NCBI GenBank assembly: GCA_045658805.1 | Contig: JAZOVQ010000053.1 | Coordinates: 10,837 to 74,836 of the forward strand | Length of the DNA stretch: 64,000 nt | From: Candidatus Scatosoma sp. | Lineage (GTDB): Bacteria > Bacillota > Clostridia > Christensenellales > Borkfalkiaceae | Direction of reading: 5' to 3' | Part shown: one piece after another, positions 1-9,189 of the stretch | Numbering within the stretch: position 1 is the first letter of the stretch | Layout of the letters: every line of letters begins with the position of its first letter | Program-made: the position numbers and the translations under genes | The notes under the pieces: generated by a model | What the model saw: the letters and a program-made list of their open reading frames with translations, nothing else | What the model was told of the DNA's origin: nothing | The model's database searches: none

Positions 1-228
1 GCCGAATGAAATATCTCCTTAATTTTAATGGGCTCGTCCTCGTACTCCTCGCATAATTTCTCTTTAAACGCCTTGGAAAGCGAAGAAATTTGCGTAATGG
101 TTTTCCCTTGCATTAAGCCTTCGTACAGCTGTTTTGCGCGGAATTTTTTCTCGCCGAGGGATAAAATGAGCGTTTCCAATTCGGCATAGGATAAATCTTG
201 TAAAATCTTTTTTCGCATAACCGTTTTC
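1..228 (-). CDS. rlmN: Radical-SAM 23S rRNA/tRNA A-C2 methyltransferase RlmN, N-terminal fragment (gene continues beyond window start)
   Basis: Not in the ORF track because it runs off the edge. Minus-strand ATG at 228-226 gives MRKKILQDLSYAELETLILSLGEKKFRAKQLYEGLMQGK..., the typical RlmN N-terminal domain. Its position after rsmB matches the Firmicutes priA-def-fmt-rsmB-rlmN order. Confidence 0.7.
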
Positions 229-238
229 CTTGGGATTT

Positions 239-1474
239 TTAGCCGTTTTTACGCAATTTACAAACGTAAAAGCCTGCGCCGTACGCTTGGTCGGGTAAAA
301 ATTGCAGCCCGTATTTTTTACGCTCGTATACTAAGGGGCTGTCTATCTCTTCCAGCGTATATTCGGGGTGCGCTTTTAAGAACTTTGCCACCACGTTATC
401 GTTTTCGCAAGCGAATATGGAACAAGTGGAATAATAGAGCGCGCCGCCCTTTTTCACGTATCTCGAAACGGTATCCAAAATGCCGTTTTGCGCCGTATTT
501 AACGCCGCGAAATCCGTTTGTTTTCTAAAGAGCTTGATATCGGGATTTTCACTGATTGTGCCAAACCCAGAACAGGGCGCGTCGCACAGCACCGCGTCAA
601 ATTTTTCCTCGTAAGCCGCATCGAAAACCGCGCTGTCCTTTTGCATTTCCGTTACGTTTTCCACGCCCATACGCGCCTTATATTGCTTGATAAGCGCAAC
701 TCTATGCTCGTGGAGTTCAAAGGACGTCACTTGCTTACATTTTTTTGCCAGCAATACCGATTTTCCGCCAGGCGCGGCGCAACAATCCAATAAATTTTCG
801 CACGCCGTTACGCAATTGCAAATGGCGATACTGCCCACCGATTGAAAGGTGTATTTTCCCTCGTCAAAACCCTCGTCACGAACGAAATTTTCAAAGATAT
901 AATTATCTTTGAATGGCGTTTGGATATGCGGCTTTTGCAAATAGTTTTCCGCATCCTTTTCAAAGCGTACGGATACCCCTGCCGACTTCGCCGTAGCAAT
1001 CGCCGCCGCTCTATCGCCGTATTCCTTTTTAAGCATAGCGTAGGCAAAATCGGGATAGGATGCCTTGATATGGTCAGCGTTTTTCAACTTTGCCAATTCC
1101 GCTTCCACGTTTTCAAGAGAAAATCTACGCAGGAAAGCATTAACGAAACCGCTTACGCCGCTTTTGCCCAATTTTTTACACAAATCCACCGCGCAATCGG
1201 TGACCATGTACCGCTTTTTGTCCATAAACAAAAGCATGTACAAGGAAATTTTTAAAATGGTTCGCACTGCCAATTTCGGCGCTTTGGGAGCGTATACGCG
1301 AATGCAAAAATCAAAGAAAACGTCGTTTTCTAAAACGCCGTATACAATTTTTACCGTACGGGAGCGGAATTGTTCTTCAATGTACGTATCCGCAATGGCT
1401 TGCTTGAGGTGTGCCCCGTCCGAATACACTTTCGACAAAATTAAAAAGGGATCGTAAACGGGATTGCTTAACAT
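239..1474 (-). CDS. rsmB: 16S rRNA m5C967 methyltransferase RsmB/Sun
   Basis: 411 aa. SAM-MTase motifs CAAPGGKS and DAPCSGFGT follow an N-terminal NusB-like region. Start overlaps the fmt stop by 7 nt. Confidence 0.9.
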   Translation of the reverse strand: MLSNPVYDPFLILSKVYSDGAHLKQAIADTYIEEQFRSRTVKIVYGVLENDVFFDFCIRVYAPKAPKLAVRTILKISLYMLLFMDKKRYMVTDCAVDLCKKLGKSGVSGFVNAFLRRFSLENVEAELAKLKNADHIKASYPDFAYAMLKKEYGDRAAAIATAKSAGVSVRFEKDAENYLQKPHIQTPFKDNYIFENFVRDEGFDEGKYTFQSVGSIAICNCVTACENLLDCCAAPGGKSVLLAKKCKQVTSFELHEHRVALIKQYKARMGVENVTEMQKDSAVFDAAYEEKFDAVLCDAPCSGFGTISENPDIKLFRKQTDFAALNTAQNGILDTVSRYVKKGGALYYSTCSIFACENDNVVAKFLKAHPEYTLEEIDSPLVYERKKYGLQFLPDQAYGAGFYVCKLRKNG

Positions 1475-2418
1475 GAGAACACCTGTCCCTTTTGCGCCTT
1501 TCTACCGTTGATAAAATCACCGCCCGAAATGCGTTTTCCGCCTGCGGCTTGCACTTCCGTCAGCTTGACTGCGCCGTCTTGGCATTTTACCAACAACCCA
1601 CGCTTGGGAGAATCGGACAGTACTTGTCCGCAAACCGCCGTTTGCGCTTCCGCTTCTTCCGCTTCCGTCAACGTCGCTTTTTCCGCGCGATAAACGTTAA
1701 TTTTATTGCCGTCCAGCTCGGTGTACGCCACGGGCGCAGGGTTCATTCCGCGAACGAGATTGATAATTTCAAAACTTTGTTTTGAAAAATTGATTTTCGC
1801 GTGTTCTTTATTGATTTTTCGAACAACCTGCACGTCCTCTTCACCCTGTGGCGTCAACGTGTAATCGTTCGTTTTAAGCATATCTAAAGCGCGTACAATG
1901 AGGCTTGCGCCCACCGCCGACAAACGCTCGGACAGTTCGCCGTACGTTTCCAAAGGCAAAATTTCCGTTTCCTCTACGCAAAGCACGTCGCCGCAATCCA
2001 AACCGAGTTCGGTTTTCATAATCGACACGCCCGTCTTGCTTTCACCCGCCAAAATACAGCTTTGAATAGGCGATGCGCCACGGTATTTCGGCAACAGCCC
2101 TGCGTGAATATTCCATACCCCTTTGGGGAAAAGGTCTAAAACGGCTTGGGTTAAAATTTGCCCATACGCGCAGGTTACCATTAAGTCGGCGCCGAGTGCT
2201 TTGACTGCATCTATTTCGTCACGGATTTTTTCGGGCTGTAATACGGGAATGCCATATTGTTCCGCCGCCGTTTTTACGGGTGGCGGTGTTAAAATGCCTT
2301 TACGCCCCTGCGGTTTATCCACCTGCGTAATTACCCCAACAACCTCAAAGCCGTTGTCTATTATGTTTTTCAAAGCCGCCACCGCAAAATCGGGCGTACC
2401 TGCAAAGATAATTTTCAT
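1468..2418 (-). CDS. fmt: Methionyl-tRNA formyltransferase
   Basis: 316 aa. MKIIFAGTPDFAV start and NIHAGLLPKYRGASPIQ motif. Confidence 0.95.
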   Translation of the reverse strand: MKIIFAGTPDFAVAALKNIIDNGFEVVGVITQVDKPQGRKGILTPPPVKTAAEQYGIPVLQPEKIRDEIDAVKALGADLMVTCAYGQILTQAVLDLFPKGVWNIHAGLLPKYRGASPIQSCILAGESKTGVSIMKTELGLDCGDVLCVEETEILPLETYGELSERLSAVGASLIVRALDMLKTNDYTLTPQGEEDVQVVRKINKEHAKINFSKQSFEIINLVRGMNPAPVAYTELDGNKINVYRAEKATLTEAEEAEAQTAVCGQVLSDSPKRGLLVKCQDGAVKLTEVQAAGGKRISGGDFINGRKAQKGQVFSC

Positions 2419-2787
2419 GTTTGTTTACTCCATACTTTGTAGAGTGATTGTTTTGTCCGCTTTTCGCCTTTTGGCGTATTATATCCGTTACCATGAAACG
2501 AACGGTATCGGGATAGCGTTATCGCTCAACGATCAACATTGTAATATTGAAATATTGGATGCAACGGCACGTTTCTGGAACGCTTGCGCCCATTTGATGG
2601 CTAACGCCATAGTAGCGCAACCTGCGGTTGCTTATTTTAGGTCCATAAATTCTTATGGGCTCTCGCCCATACCCAGGCGAGGCGCCGCCTCTGCACTCCG
2701 CAAGGGACAATGCCCCTTGACCTCTTGCAGTTAAACGAACCGCCCAAGCCGAGGAAACAACACCGTATTGCGATGCTTATACGCTGT
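2419..2787 (-). ncRNA. Candidate structured RNA in an unusually long def-fmt spacer (family not identified)
   Basis: 369 nt without a credible ORF between two genes that are normally adjacent. Minus-strand helices: UAUGGGC-GAGA-GCCCAUA (2654-2671), GCAACC-GCA-GGUUGC (2617-2631), CAAGGG-7nt-CCCUUG (2701-2719) nested inside CUGCA/UGCAG (2691-2695 / 2726-2730), AGGCG/CGCCU (2675-2690) and CCGUU/AACGG (2485-2505). Confidence 0.3.
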
Positions 2788-3240
2788 TTAATTCTTCTCA
2801 ATATGGGTGGCCTTGTCTATATACAACACCCCGTCCAAATGGTCAAGCTCGTGACAAATAGCGCGCGCAAAAAAGCCCTTGGCTTGCATCAAATGCTTTT
2901 CACCGTTACGGTCTTGATAGGAAACCTTAACCTTCATAGGACGGGAAACTATACCGCTTTTACCACGTACCGAAAGACAGCCTTCCCAGCCCATTTGTTC
3001 CCCTTTTTGCATAACGATTACTGGATTGATTAGCTCGTAATAGCCTTCCTCTACGTCTACCACAGCCAAACGGCGCAATACGCCGACCTGCGGAGCCGCA
3101 AGACCTGCGCCTTCTTCCTTTTTCACCGTTTCTTTCATATCGTCCAATAAAAGCCAAAGCTTTTCGTCAAACTCCTCAACAGGAAAACATTTTTGTCTTA
3201 ATACGTCGTCCCCGACCTGCACTACGTTTCGAATTGCCAT
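2788..3240 (-). CDS. def: Peptide deformylase
   Basis: 150 aa. Motifs GAGLAAPQVG, EGCLS and HELDHLDG. Confidence 0.95.
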   Translation of the reverse strand: MAIRNVVQVGDDVLRQKCFPVEEFDEKLWLLLDDMKETVKKEEGAGLAAPQVGVLRRLAVVDVEEGYYELINPVIVMQKGEQMGWEGCLSVRGKSGIVSRPMKVKVSYQDRNGEKHLMQAKGFFARAICHELDHLDGVLYIDKATHIEKN

Positions 3241-3301
3241 CTTCGTTTTCTCCTTTCATTCTCTATCTTTTTCTAATCTTTCTCTAATCTTTCTCTATCG
3301 T

Positions 3302-5476
3302 TTAACTTAAATTGTTGGGGTTCTCTTCCACGCTAATCAACACGTCTCTCGTCCGAGCCGCCGCGCAAATATCATATATCTCCGCAAGCAACGTCGGATC
3401 GCTTAACCGCATTAAAATTTGATAGCGGTATTTGTTTTGCAACCGCTTAATCGGTGCGCGCATTTTATTAAAAAACAAAAACTTTTCAGGGTTATTCGTG
3501 TATAGCTGTTCCATCCCCACATACACTTCACGCAACCCCTCTAACGTTTTTTTATCGTCCTCACCCGTCACCAAAACTCGTACAATTTTTGAAAAAGGCG
3601 GGAATGCCATCGCCGCGCGGAGCGAGATTTCGTTTTCGTAAAATCCCTCATAATCGTATTCCGTCGCGAAGCGTAACACTTCATTTTCGGGATCAAACGT
3701 CTGCAACACAACCTTGCCCTTTTCCTCAGCTCGACCGCTTCGGCCTGCCACCTGCGTAATCAGCTGGAAGGTACGCTCGCCGCTTCGATAATCGGAAAAA
3801 TGCAAGCTCATGTCCGCGTCCAAAATCCCCACCAACGTAACGGACGGGAAATCGTGCCCTTTGGCTATCATTTGCGTGCCGACCAAAATATCCGCTTGTT
3901 TTTCCGCAAATGCTTTTAATATCTTATAATGCCCTTCTTTACCGCTGGTCGTATCGTTATCCATGCGAATAATCCTCGCCGACGGATACAGTTTAGCAAG
4001 CTCCGCAACAATCCTTTGTGTGCCCGTACCTGCGTACGAAAGCTTGACGCCGCCACAATCGGGACAAGCGGTAAGCGGTTCATATTTCATACCGCAATAA
4101 TGGCATTTTAAACAATTTTCTTCTTTGTGATAGGTCAGCGAAACGTCACAAGCCTCGCATTTCGCTACGTAGCCGCATTCCTTGCAAATTACCGTTTGCG
4201 AATATCCCCTGCGGTTTAAAAACAAAATGGCTTGCTTGTCGGCGGCGAGGCATTTTTCCAATTCCTCTTTCAACGCCCACGAAAATGCGGAGTTGTTCCC
4301 TCTTCGCACTTCCCTACGCATATCCGCAATGATAATTTCGGGCAACGGACGTTTGTTGATACGCTTGGTCAACCGAATTAAAGAAAACTCGCCTTCCTGC
4401 GCTCGTTTATACGTTTCCGTAGCAGGCGTTGCACTGCCCAAAACCAGTTTACAACCGTTCTTTTTCGCGCGTAAATACGCAACGTCAAAGGTGTTGTATC
4501 TCGGCGCCGTTTCACTAACGTAGCTGGAATCGTGCTCCTCGTCAACGATGATAACGCCCAGGTTTTCCAGTGGTGCGAAAATAGCGCTTCTTGCACCAAT
4601 GGCAATTTTCGCTTCCCCCGAACGCAAACGCCACCATTCGTCGAAGCGTTCGCCTGCGGAAAGTCCACTGTGTAAAATTGCCGCGTTTTTCCCAAACCTC
4701 GCGCGAAGCTGGGAGAGCATTTGCGGCGTTAAGGAAATTTCGGGAACAAGGAAAATGGAGCTTTTTCCTTCCTTTAAGCATTGGGCTATCAACGTCAAAT
4801 AAATTTCCGTTTTACCGCTGCCCGTAACCCCGTGCAAAAGCTGTACGGTGCGCTTATCCGTTTGAATGGTGTCCACCGCACGCTGTTGATCGTCCGTCAA
4901 AATACGCGTGACTTTTTCGCCCTCTACCGCCTTGTACGGATCGCGCAAAACCTGCTCTCTCGTAATTTCCACATAGCCTTTTTTCTCCAAAGCCGCCACG
5001 CCGCCAGGGAAAATTCCGTTTAAATAGGCGCAATCCGTCTTTCCGTTTTCCGCTAAAAATTCCGCAGCGCCAATTTGGTTTTTCGCCGATTTGACAAGCT
5101 TCATTTCGCTTACGGGTACAAGCAACCGCGCATAATTTCTCGTCAGTTCCCTAACCTTGCCCGTACGCATCTCCGCAGGCAAAAATAACCGCAACACCAA
5201 CGCTTTAGGTACGCGATATCTCGCCGTCAATTTTTCCGCAAGCGCAAGGCATTCCTGGTTAAGCGCAGGCAGTTCGTCGGGACAGGGAATAATTTTTTTC
5301 AAGCGTTCTGTCGGCAAGTCCGAATGCTCTTTCACGCGCATAACAAAACCGGGCACCGTCTTGCCGCCAAAGGGCGCAAACACCCTACTGCCGACCACCG
5401 TGTCCGCATCGCAAAGATAATCGTATATTCTATCCGTTTCACCAGACGCTATATCGACGATTACTTCCGCTATCAT
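3302..5476 (-). CDS. priA: Primosomal replication-restart helicase PriA
   Basis: 724 aa. Walker A GVTGSGKTE, DEEHD box and the Cys-rich zinc insert CKECGYVAKCEACDVSLTYH...CHYCG...CPDCGG. Confidence 0.95.
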   Translation of the reverse strand: MIAEVIVDIASGETDRIYDYLCDADTVVGSRVFAPFGGKTVPGFVMRVKEHSDLPTERLKKIIPCPDELPALNQECLALAEKLTARYRVPKALVLRLFLPAEMRTGKVRELTRNYARLLVPVSEMKLVKSAKNQIGAAEFLAENGKTDCAYLNGIFPGGVAALEKKGYVEITREQVLRDPYKAVEGEKVTRILTDDQQRAVDTIQTDKRTVQLLHGVTGSGKTEIYLTLIAQCLKEGKSSIFLVPEISLTPQMLSQLRARFGKNAAILHSGLSAGERFDEWWRLRSGEAKIAIGARSAIFAPLENLGVIIVDEEHDSSYVSETAPRYNTFDVAYLRAKKNGCKLVLGSATPATETYKRAQEGEFSLIRLTKRINKRPLPEIIIADMRREVRRGNNSAFSWALKEELEKCLAADKQAILFLNRRGYSQTVICKECGYVAKCEACDVSLTYHKEENCLKCHYCGMKYEPLTACPDCGGVKLSYAGTGTQRIVAELAKLYPSARIIRMDNDTTSGKEGHYKILKAFAEKQADILVGTQMIAKGHDFPSVTLVGILDADMSLHFSDYRSGERTFQLITQVAGRSGRAEEKGKVVLQTFDPENEVLRFATEYDYEGFYENEISLRAAMAFPPFSKIVRVLVTGEDDKKTLEGLREVYVGMEQLYTNNPEKFLFFNKMRAPIKRLQNKYRYQILMRLSDPTLLAEIYDICAAARTRDVLISVEENPNNLS

Positions 5477-5507
5477 AGCATTCTCCTTTCCGTTTTTTAG
5501 CTTGCTT

Positions 5508-5549
5508 GGAAAAATGGATTGCCTCGAATATGCGTTATTCGAGGCAATC
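5508..5549 (-). terminator. Rho-independent terminator after rpoZ
   Basis: Perfect 14-bp stem GATTGCCTCGAATA / TATTCGAGGCAATC (5517-5530 / 5536-5549) with a 5-nt loop. On the minus strand it is followed by CATTTTTCC. Confidence 0.8.
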
Positions 5550-5562
5550 AGGTACGTTTTAA

Positions 5563-5784
5563 TTAGTCCTTAGCAATAACAACTTTGCCGTCAGCAATAT
5601 CCTTGCAAGCGGACAAAAGTTCCTTATCTTTACCCGTCGAATCGTGTACGCCGAGGTTCTTTTCCGTTTCAATAATTTGACGAGCGCGTTTTGCCGCAAT
5701 CGTGCAAAGCGCATAACGGCTGATAGGTTCCTCTTCCGTGCCCAATTTTCTAATCATTACGTCTACCGAAGGTTCGTTAATCAT
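5563..5784 (-). CDS. rpoZ: DNA-directed RNA polymerase subunit omega
   Basis: 73 aa. The ...SRYALCTIAAKRARQI... core is typical of RpoZ, and the gene follows gmk as in Firmicutes. Confidence 0.85.
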   Translation of the reverse strand: MINEPSVDVMIRKLGTEEEPISRYALCTIAAKRARQIIETEKNLGVHDSTGKDKELLSACKDIADGKVVIAKD

Positions 5785-5830
5785 AACTTTTCTCTCCTTT
5801 TATATCTTGAAATTTTTATTTTTTTCTTTT

Positions 5831-6391
5831 TTATTTTTCAGCGCAACCCTTGTCGATAATATCACTCAATTCCTGCAAGGCGCGCTCAAACTCATCGTTT
5901 ACCAACACATAATCGTAGGTGTCGCTGTGCGACAGCTCGTATTCTAAACGGGACAATCTGTTTTCAATTTGTTCGTCCGTTTCCGAATTTCTACCCTTTA
6001 AGCGACGGCGCAATTCTTCCAACGACGGGGGCGCCACCATAACCAAAACGCAGTCGGGGAAAAATTTCTTCGCCTGCAACGCCCCTACGACGTCGATTTC
6101 CATAATCACCGATTTGGTCTTTAAGGTTTCCTCTACAAAGGATTTCGGCGTGCCGTAATAATTGCCGAAATGCTCGTCGTATTCCAAAAAATCATTTTCG
6201 TCGATACGGCGCAAAAATTCCTCTTTGCTTAAAAAGAAATAATGCTTGCCGTTGATTTCGCCTTCTCTCGGCGGACGCGTTGTGCAGGAAACGGATTCCA
6301 CAACGTCTTCGCGGCGCTGTATCAACGTCTTTACAAGCGTACCTTTTCCCACCCCCGACGGTCCGGAAACCGCCAACAATACGTGTTTCAT
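5831..6391 (-). CDS. gmk: Guanylate kinase
   Basis: 186 aa. P-loop SGPSGVGKGT plus TTRPPREGE and the guanylate-kinase fold signature. Confidence 0.95.
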   Translation of the reverse strand: MKHVLLAVSGPSGVGKGTLVKTLIQRREDVVESVSCTTRPPREGEINGKHYFFLSKEEFLRRIDENDFLEYDEHFGNYYGTPKSFVEETLKTKSVIMEIDVVGALQAKKFFPDCVLVMVAPPSLEELRRRLKGRNSETDEQIENRLSRLEYELSHSDTYDYVLVNDEFERALQELSDIIDKGCAEK

Positions 6392-6422
6392 AATGCTAAA
6401 CCTCTTTCTTACTATTGCCGTA

Positions 6423-7298
6423 TTATTCTAAATTTTGTACCTGTTCGCGGATTTTTTCTATCTCGTTCTTCAACGCCAAACCGATACGGGTAATGGTTAC
6501 GTCATTGCTCTTTGAGCAGGTCGTGTTTGCTTCTCGGTTGAATTCCTGCACCAAGAAATCGAGTTTTCTTCCCACAATTCCCTCTTCGCAAATGCTTCTA
6601 AATTGTGCAATGTGCGAACGCAATCTCGTCAGCTCTTCGTCAATGTTGCTTCTATCCGCAAACACCGCCACTTCCGTCAGCAAACGCCCTTCGTCCACGG
6701 GAGTATTGGAAAGATATTCCTGTACCCTTGCGGTGAGTTTTGCTCGGTATTCTTCAGCAATTTGCGGTGCGCGTGCGGTTACGTCGTTTACCAAATTTTC
6801 AATGGTTTCCATTCTCGAAAGCATATCCGCTTTCAATTTTGCACCCTCGACGGCACGCATTTCGTTCAGCTTATCCAATGCCGCATTTAAAGCGACCTGC
6901 AAGCCTGCCGTCATTTCCTCGTCCAAGCTTACGCTTTCCTCTTGCTTCAACACTTCGGGATAGCGAAGTACGGAAGTGAGGGTAAGGTCGTCCGTCAAAT
7001 CGGGGAAGGCTTCTTTCAATGCCTTTGCCGCCGCCACGTAGGATGCCGCCAACGCCATATCGGGCGCAAGCGCCGTAGGCCGTTCACGCTTGTCCTTCAA
7101 GCTAACAAATACGTCCGCGTGCCCTCTCGACAGTTTCCCTCTAACGGTGGTACGGATAACGTCTTCGTACGCCGTAAAAATACGCGGCGCTTTAATCGAC
7201 ACGTCCAAATAACGGTTGTTCACCGTTTTAATTTCGCAGGTGATTTCCAAACCGCCCGCTGCATATTCTCCCTTTCCGTAACCCGTCATGCTAAGCAT
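6423..7298 (-). CDS. yicC: YicC/YloC-family stress-induced endoribonuclease
   Basis: The ORF track gives 6423-7337. The likely start is the internal ATG at 7298 (MLSMTGYGKGE..., the canonical YicC N-terminus), preceded by AGAGGAAAAG. The C-terminal DUF1732-like region has EFNREANT. Confidence 0.85.
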   Translation of the reverse strand: MLSMTGYGKGEYAAGGLEITCEIKTVNNRYLDVSIKAPRIFTAYEDVIRTTVRGKLSRGHADVFVSLKDKRERPTALAPDMALAASYVAAAKALKEAFPDLTDDLTLTSVLRYPEVLKQEESVSLDEEMTAGLQVALNAALDKLNEMRAVEGAKLKADMLSRMETIENLVNDVTARAPQIAEEYRAKLTARVQEYLSNTPVDEGRLLTEVAVFADRSNIDEELTRLRSHIAQFRSICEEGIVGRKLDFLVQEFNREANTTCSKSNDVTITRIGLALKNEIEKIREQVQNLE

Positions 7299-7376
7299 AC
7301 GCTTTTCCTCTTTCGTCAACTTAATTTTTAGTTGCAACGCAACCTTATAAAACGCCCCGAAATTTGGGGTTATATC

Positions 7377-7405
7377 ATTATAGCAAATAATTTTAGAAAT
7401 TTCAA
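7377..7405 (-). promoter_or_regulatory. Sigma-70/SigA-type promoter for yicC operon
   Basis: Minus strand TTGAAA (7405-7400), 17 nt, TATAAT (7382-7377). Confidence 0.6.
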
Positions 7406-7488
7406 GTAGTATTACACTTTTTTATTGCCTTTTTTACCATTTTTTTTACATTCCATTCATAAATGAATGGGAGAAGCGCAACCTTAGC

Positions 7489-7520
7489 GCGAAAAACGGC
7501 TTGGCGAAAACCGCCAAGCC
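7489..7520 (-). terminator. Rho-independent terminator after the 7543-9189 lipoprotein gene
   Basis: 9-bp stem GGCTTGGCG / CGCCAAGCC (7498-7506 / 7512-7520), then GTTTTTCGC on the minus strand. Confidence 0.8.
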
Positions 7521-7542
7521 GCCTTGTTTTACGTTGTAAATA

Positions 7543-9189
7543 TCAATTGCCAAAAATGTCACTTGCAGACATATAGGGATGATAAATATCTTCCATCGTA
7601 TTGGGGAAGGTAAATTCGCCCGTGTCTGCATTGTAGGTAAATACGTGCCACGAAGTGCCTACGCCATTGGGAACGTAGAAGGTGTACGCAGGCATCGAGC
7701 CCGAACCCAAATATACGTTAACCGTTGCGCCGCTTGCCGCCAACTCCGTACTATTTCCACTACTACCATCACTACTACCATTCGTGTAATCGTGTACGTA
7801 ATAGGTATATTCACCCGACATTTCCGTAATGGTAATGGTTTCAGGCCCATACGAGCTAGTATCGTCTACGTCCAAATTTGCATTATTGGCAGGATTCTTA
7901 GTGCTGTAATATACATGATACATATCCCCATCCGCTTCGTCTGCATAGAGGTGGGAATCGAGGTCATCAGGATATTGGCCCCACGTCAAAACGATACGCA
8001 TAGAGCCCGTTTGCACTTGGTGGGTGTTGCTGATAACGGCATCGGGAGCCGCAACCGTTTCACCAGGCATAATTTTAATAGCAATAACGATAGAACCGAA
8101 ACGCTCTGCTTCGTCTGCCAAATCACGGTTATCGACAACTTCGCCCGTGTAGTTACCGGGTTCCAAATCGCCCGTTTCATAATAGCCTTTTTCGTCCGTT
8201 TCAACCGTTTTAACAATGTCACCCGTCGTGTTGTTGATACCCTTACGGATATTTACCGTCAAGCGCGCTTCAATAGGCTGGCCCGTGAATGCATCAATAA
8301 CCGTACCTTCCGCAACACCAGCTTCCACTTCTACGTTGTCACCGCCAGTGTAAATGGCTTCGATAACCGAGTTTTGTACCGTTACTTGGTTTGCTACGAT
8401 GTTTACAATTTGCGTAATGGTAACGTAGCCCTCACATTCGATCGTCAATCCGTAGCTACCTGCAGGCAAATTGGTAAAGCTATAATTACCATCTTCGTCA
8501 CTCGTCGTCGAACCGCTAAACAGTAGGCTCAAGCCTTGCAAACTAATCGTTGCGTTTGCCAAGGGGGCGTTGTTAGAATAATTCAAATCGAGATCGGCAA
8601 TGGTAAGTTTACCCGTGAGCGTAGCCGAAGTAGAATCGGGATCGGGTTCGGGATCGGGTTCGGGATCGGGTTCAGGATCGGGTTCAGGATCGGGAGTAGG
8701 ATTCATTTCCACACCTTCGCCGTCCACGTAGCCGTCTGCTACCATGTACCACAAGCCGTTGATTTGAATGCTCGTGGGTTCCTCAGCCACAAGATACCCG
8801 CCAGGGCCAATTACGTAACCGCTTACTTCCACGTCATATTGCAACCGGCCGTCCGTACCCAAATAGCAAACTCTGCCATAGGCAATTTGGAAGCCCGTTT
8901 GCACTTCGCCGTTCTTTACGTAATAAATATCTCCTTCAATTTCAACAAATTCGTCCACTACTTGCAATTTGCCGTCCGCGTCAAAGTGATAATCGCCAAC
9001 TGCTTGATTGGTTGCCATTACGCCGTCCACAAGACAATAAATTGCGCCGTCCTTCACGCTATACGTAATGGTGGGTTCGTGCACTTCGGGCGCGCTGCTC
9101 GTTTCCCCATCGTCACACGCAGTCATGAAGCCCGTGCCCATAAACGCAACCGCAAGAAGCGCCGCTAAAGTTTTTCTAAATTTCGCCAT
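7543..9189 (-). CDS. Secreted lipoprotein with wall-binding-like repeats, (PEPD)n linker, two carboxypeptidase-regulatory-like beta-sandwiches and a DUF2135-like C-terminal domain
   Basis: Start trimmed to the ATG at 9189 (AAGGAGGAAACT upstream), giving MAKFRKTLAALLAVAFMGTGFMTAC|DD with a lipobox. IYYVKNGEVQTGF...YLGTDGRLQ repeats. PEPDPEPDPEPDPEPDPD linker. GNYSFTNLPAGSYGLTIE and GYYETGDLEPGNYTGEVV motifs. The C-terminal RIVLTWGQYPDDLDSHLY...LDVDDTSSYGPETITI resembles DUF2135 from memory. Confidence 0.75.
   Translation of the reverse strand: MAKFRKTLAALLAVAFMGTGFMTACDDGETSSAPEVHEPTITYSVKDGAIYCLVDGVMATNQAVGDYHFDADGKLQVVDEFVEIEGDIYYVKNGEVQTGFQIAYGRVCYLGTDGRLQYDVEVSGYVIGPGGYLVAEEPTSIQINGLWYMVADGYVDGEGVEMNPTPDPEPDPEPDPEPDPEPDPDSTSATLTGKLTIADLDLNYSNNAPLANATISLQGLSLLFSGSTTSDEDGNYSFTNLPAGSYGLTIECEGYVTITQIVNIVANQVTVQNSVIEAIYTGGDNVEVEAGVAEGTVIDAFTGQPIEARLTVNIRKGINNTTGDIVKTVETDEKGYYETGDLEPGNYTGEVVDNRDLADEAERFGSIVIAIKIMPGETVAAPDAVISNTHQVQTGSMRIVLTWGQYPDDLDSHLYADEADGDMYHVYYSTKNPANNANLDVDDTSSYGPETITITEMSGEYTYYVHDYTNGSSDGSSGNSTELAASGATVNVYLGSGSMPAYTFYVPNGVGTSWHVFTYNADTGEFTFPNTMEDIYHPYMSASDIFGN
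8635..8694 (-). repeat. 12-bp tandem repeat (about 5 units) encoding the (PEPD)n linker
   Basis: Plus strand reads gggatcgggttc gggatcgggttc gggatcgggttc aggatcgggttc aggatcggg. Confidence 0.9.

Noticed and set aside
2640-2700. Possible ZTP (pfl) or THF riboswitch in front of fmt, on the grounds that fmt uses 10-formyl-THF. The minus strand contains CGCCUGGG, which resembles the ZTP 3' consensus. GGCGAGAGCCC and GUUGCAUCC vaguely recall THF-riboswitch strings.
   Set aside because: The ZTP 5' sub-domain hallmarks I remember (UGGCG, GUGGA, GGGAG in order) are absent. The THF-like strings are in the wrong order. An 8-mer alone is not evidence. The question is left to an Rfam scan.
2123-2734. 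ORFs in or across the def-fmt spacer: 203 aa on plus at 2123-2734, 63 aa on minus at 2519-2710, and 107 aa on plus at 2710-3033.
   Set aside because: They overlap fmt or def antisense, or lack an RBS. Their sequences have no protein-like features. The region is better explained as structured RNA.
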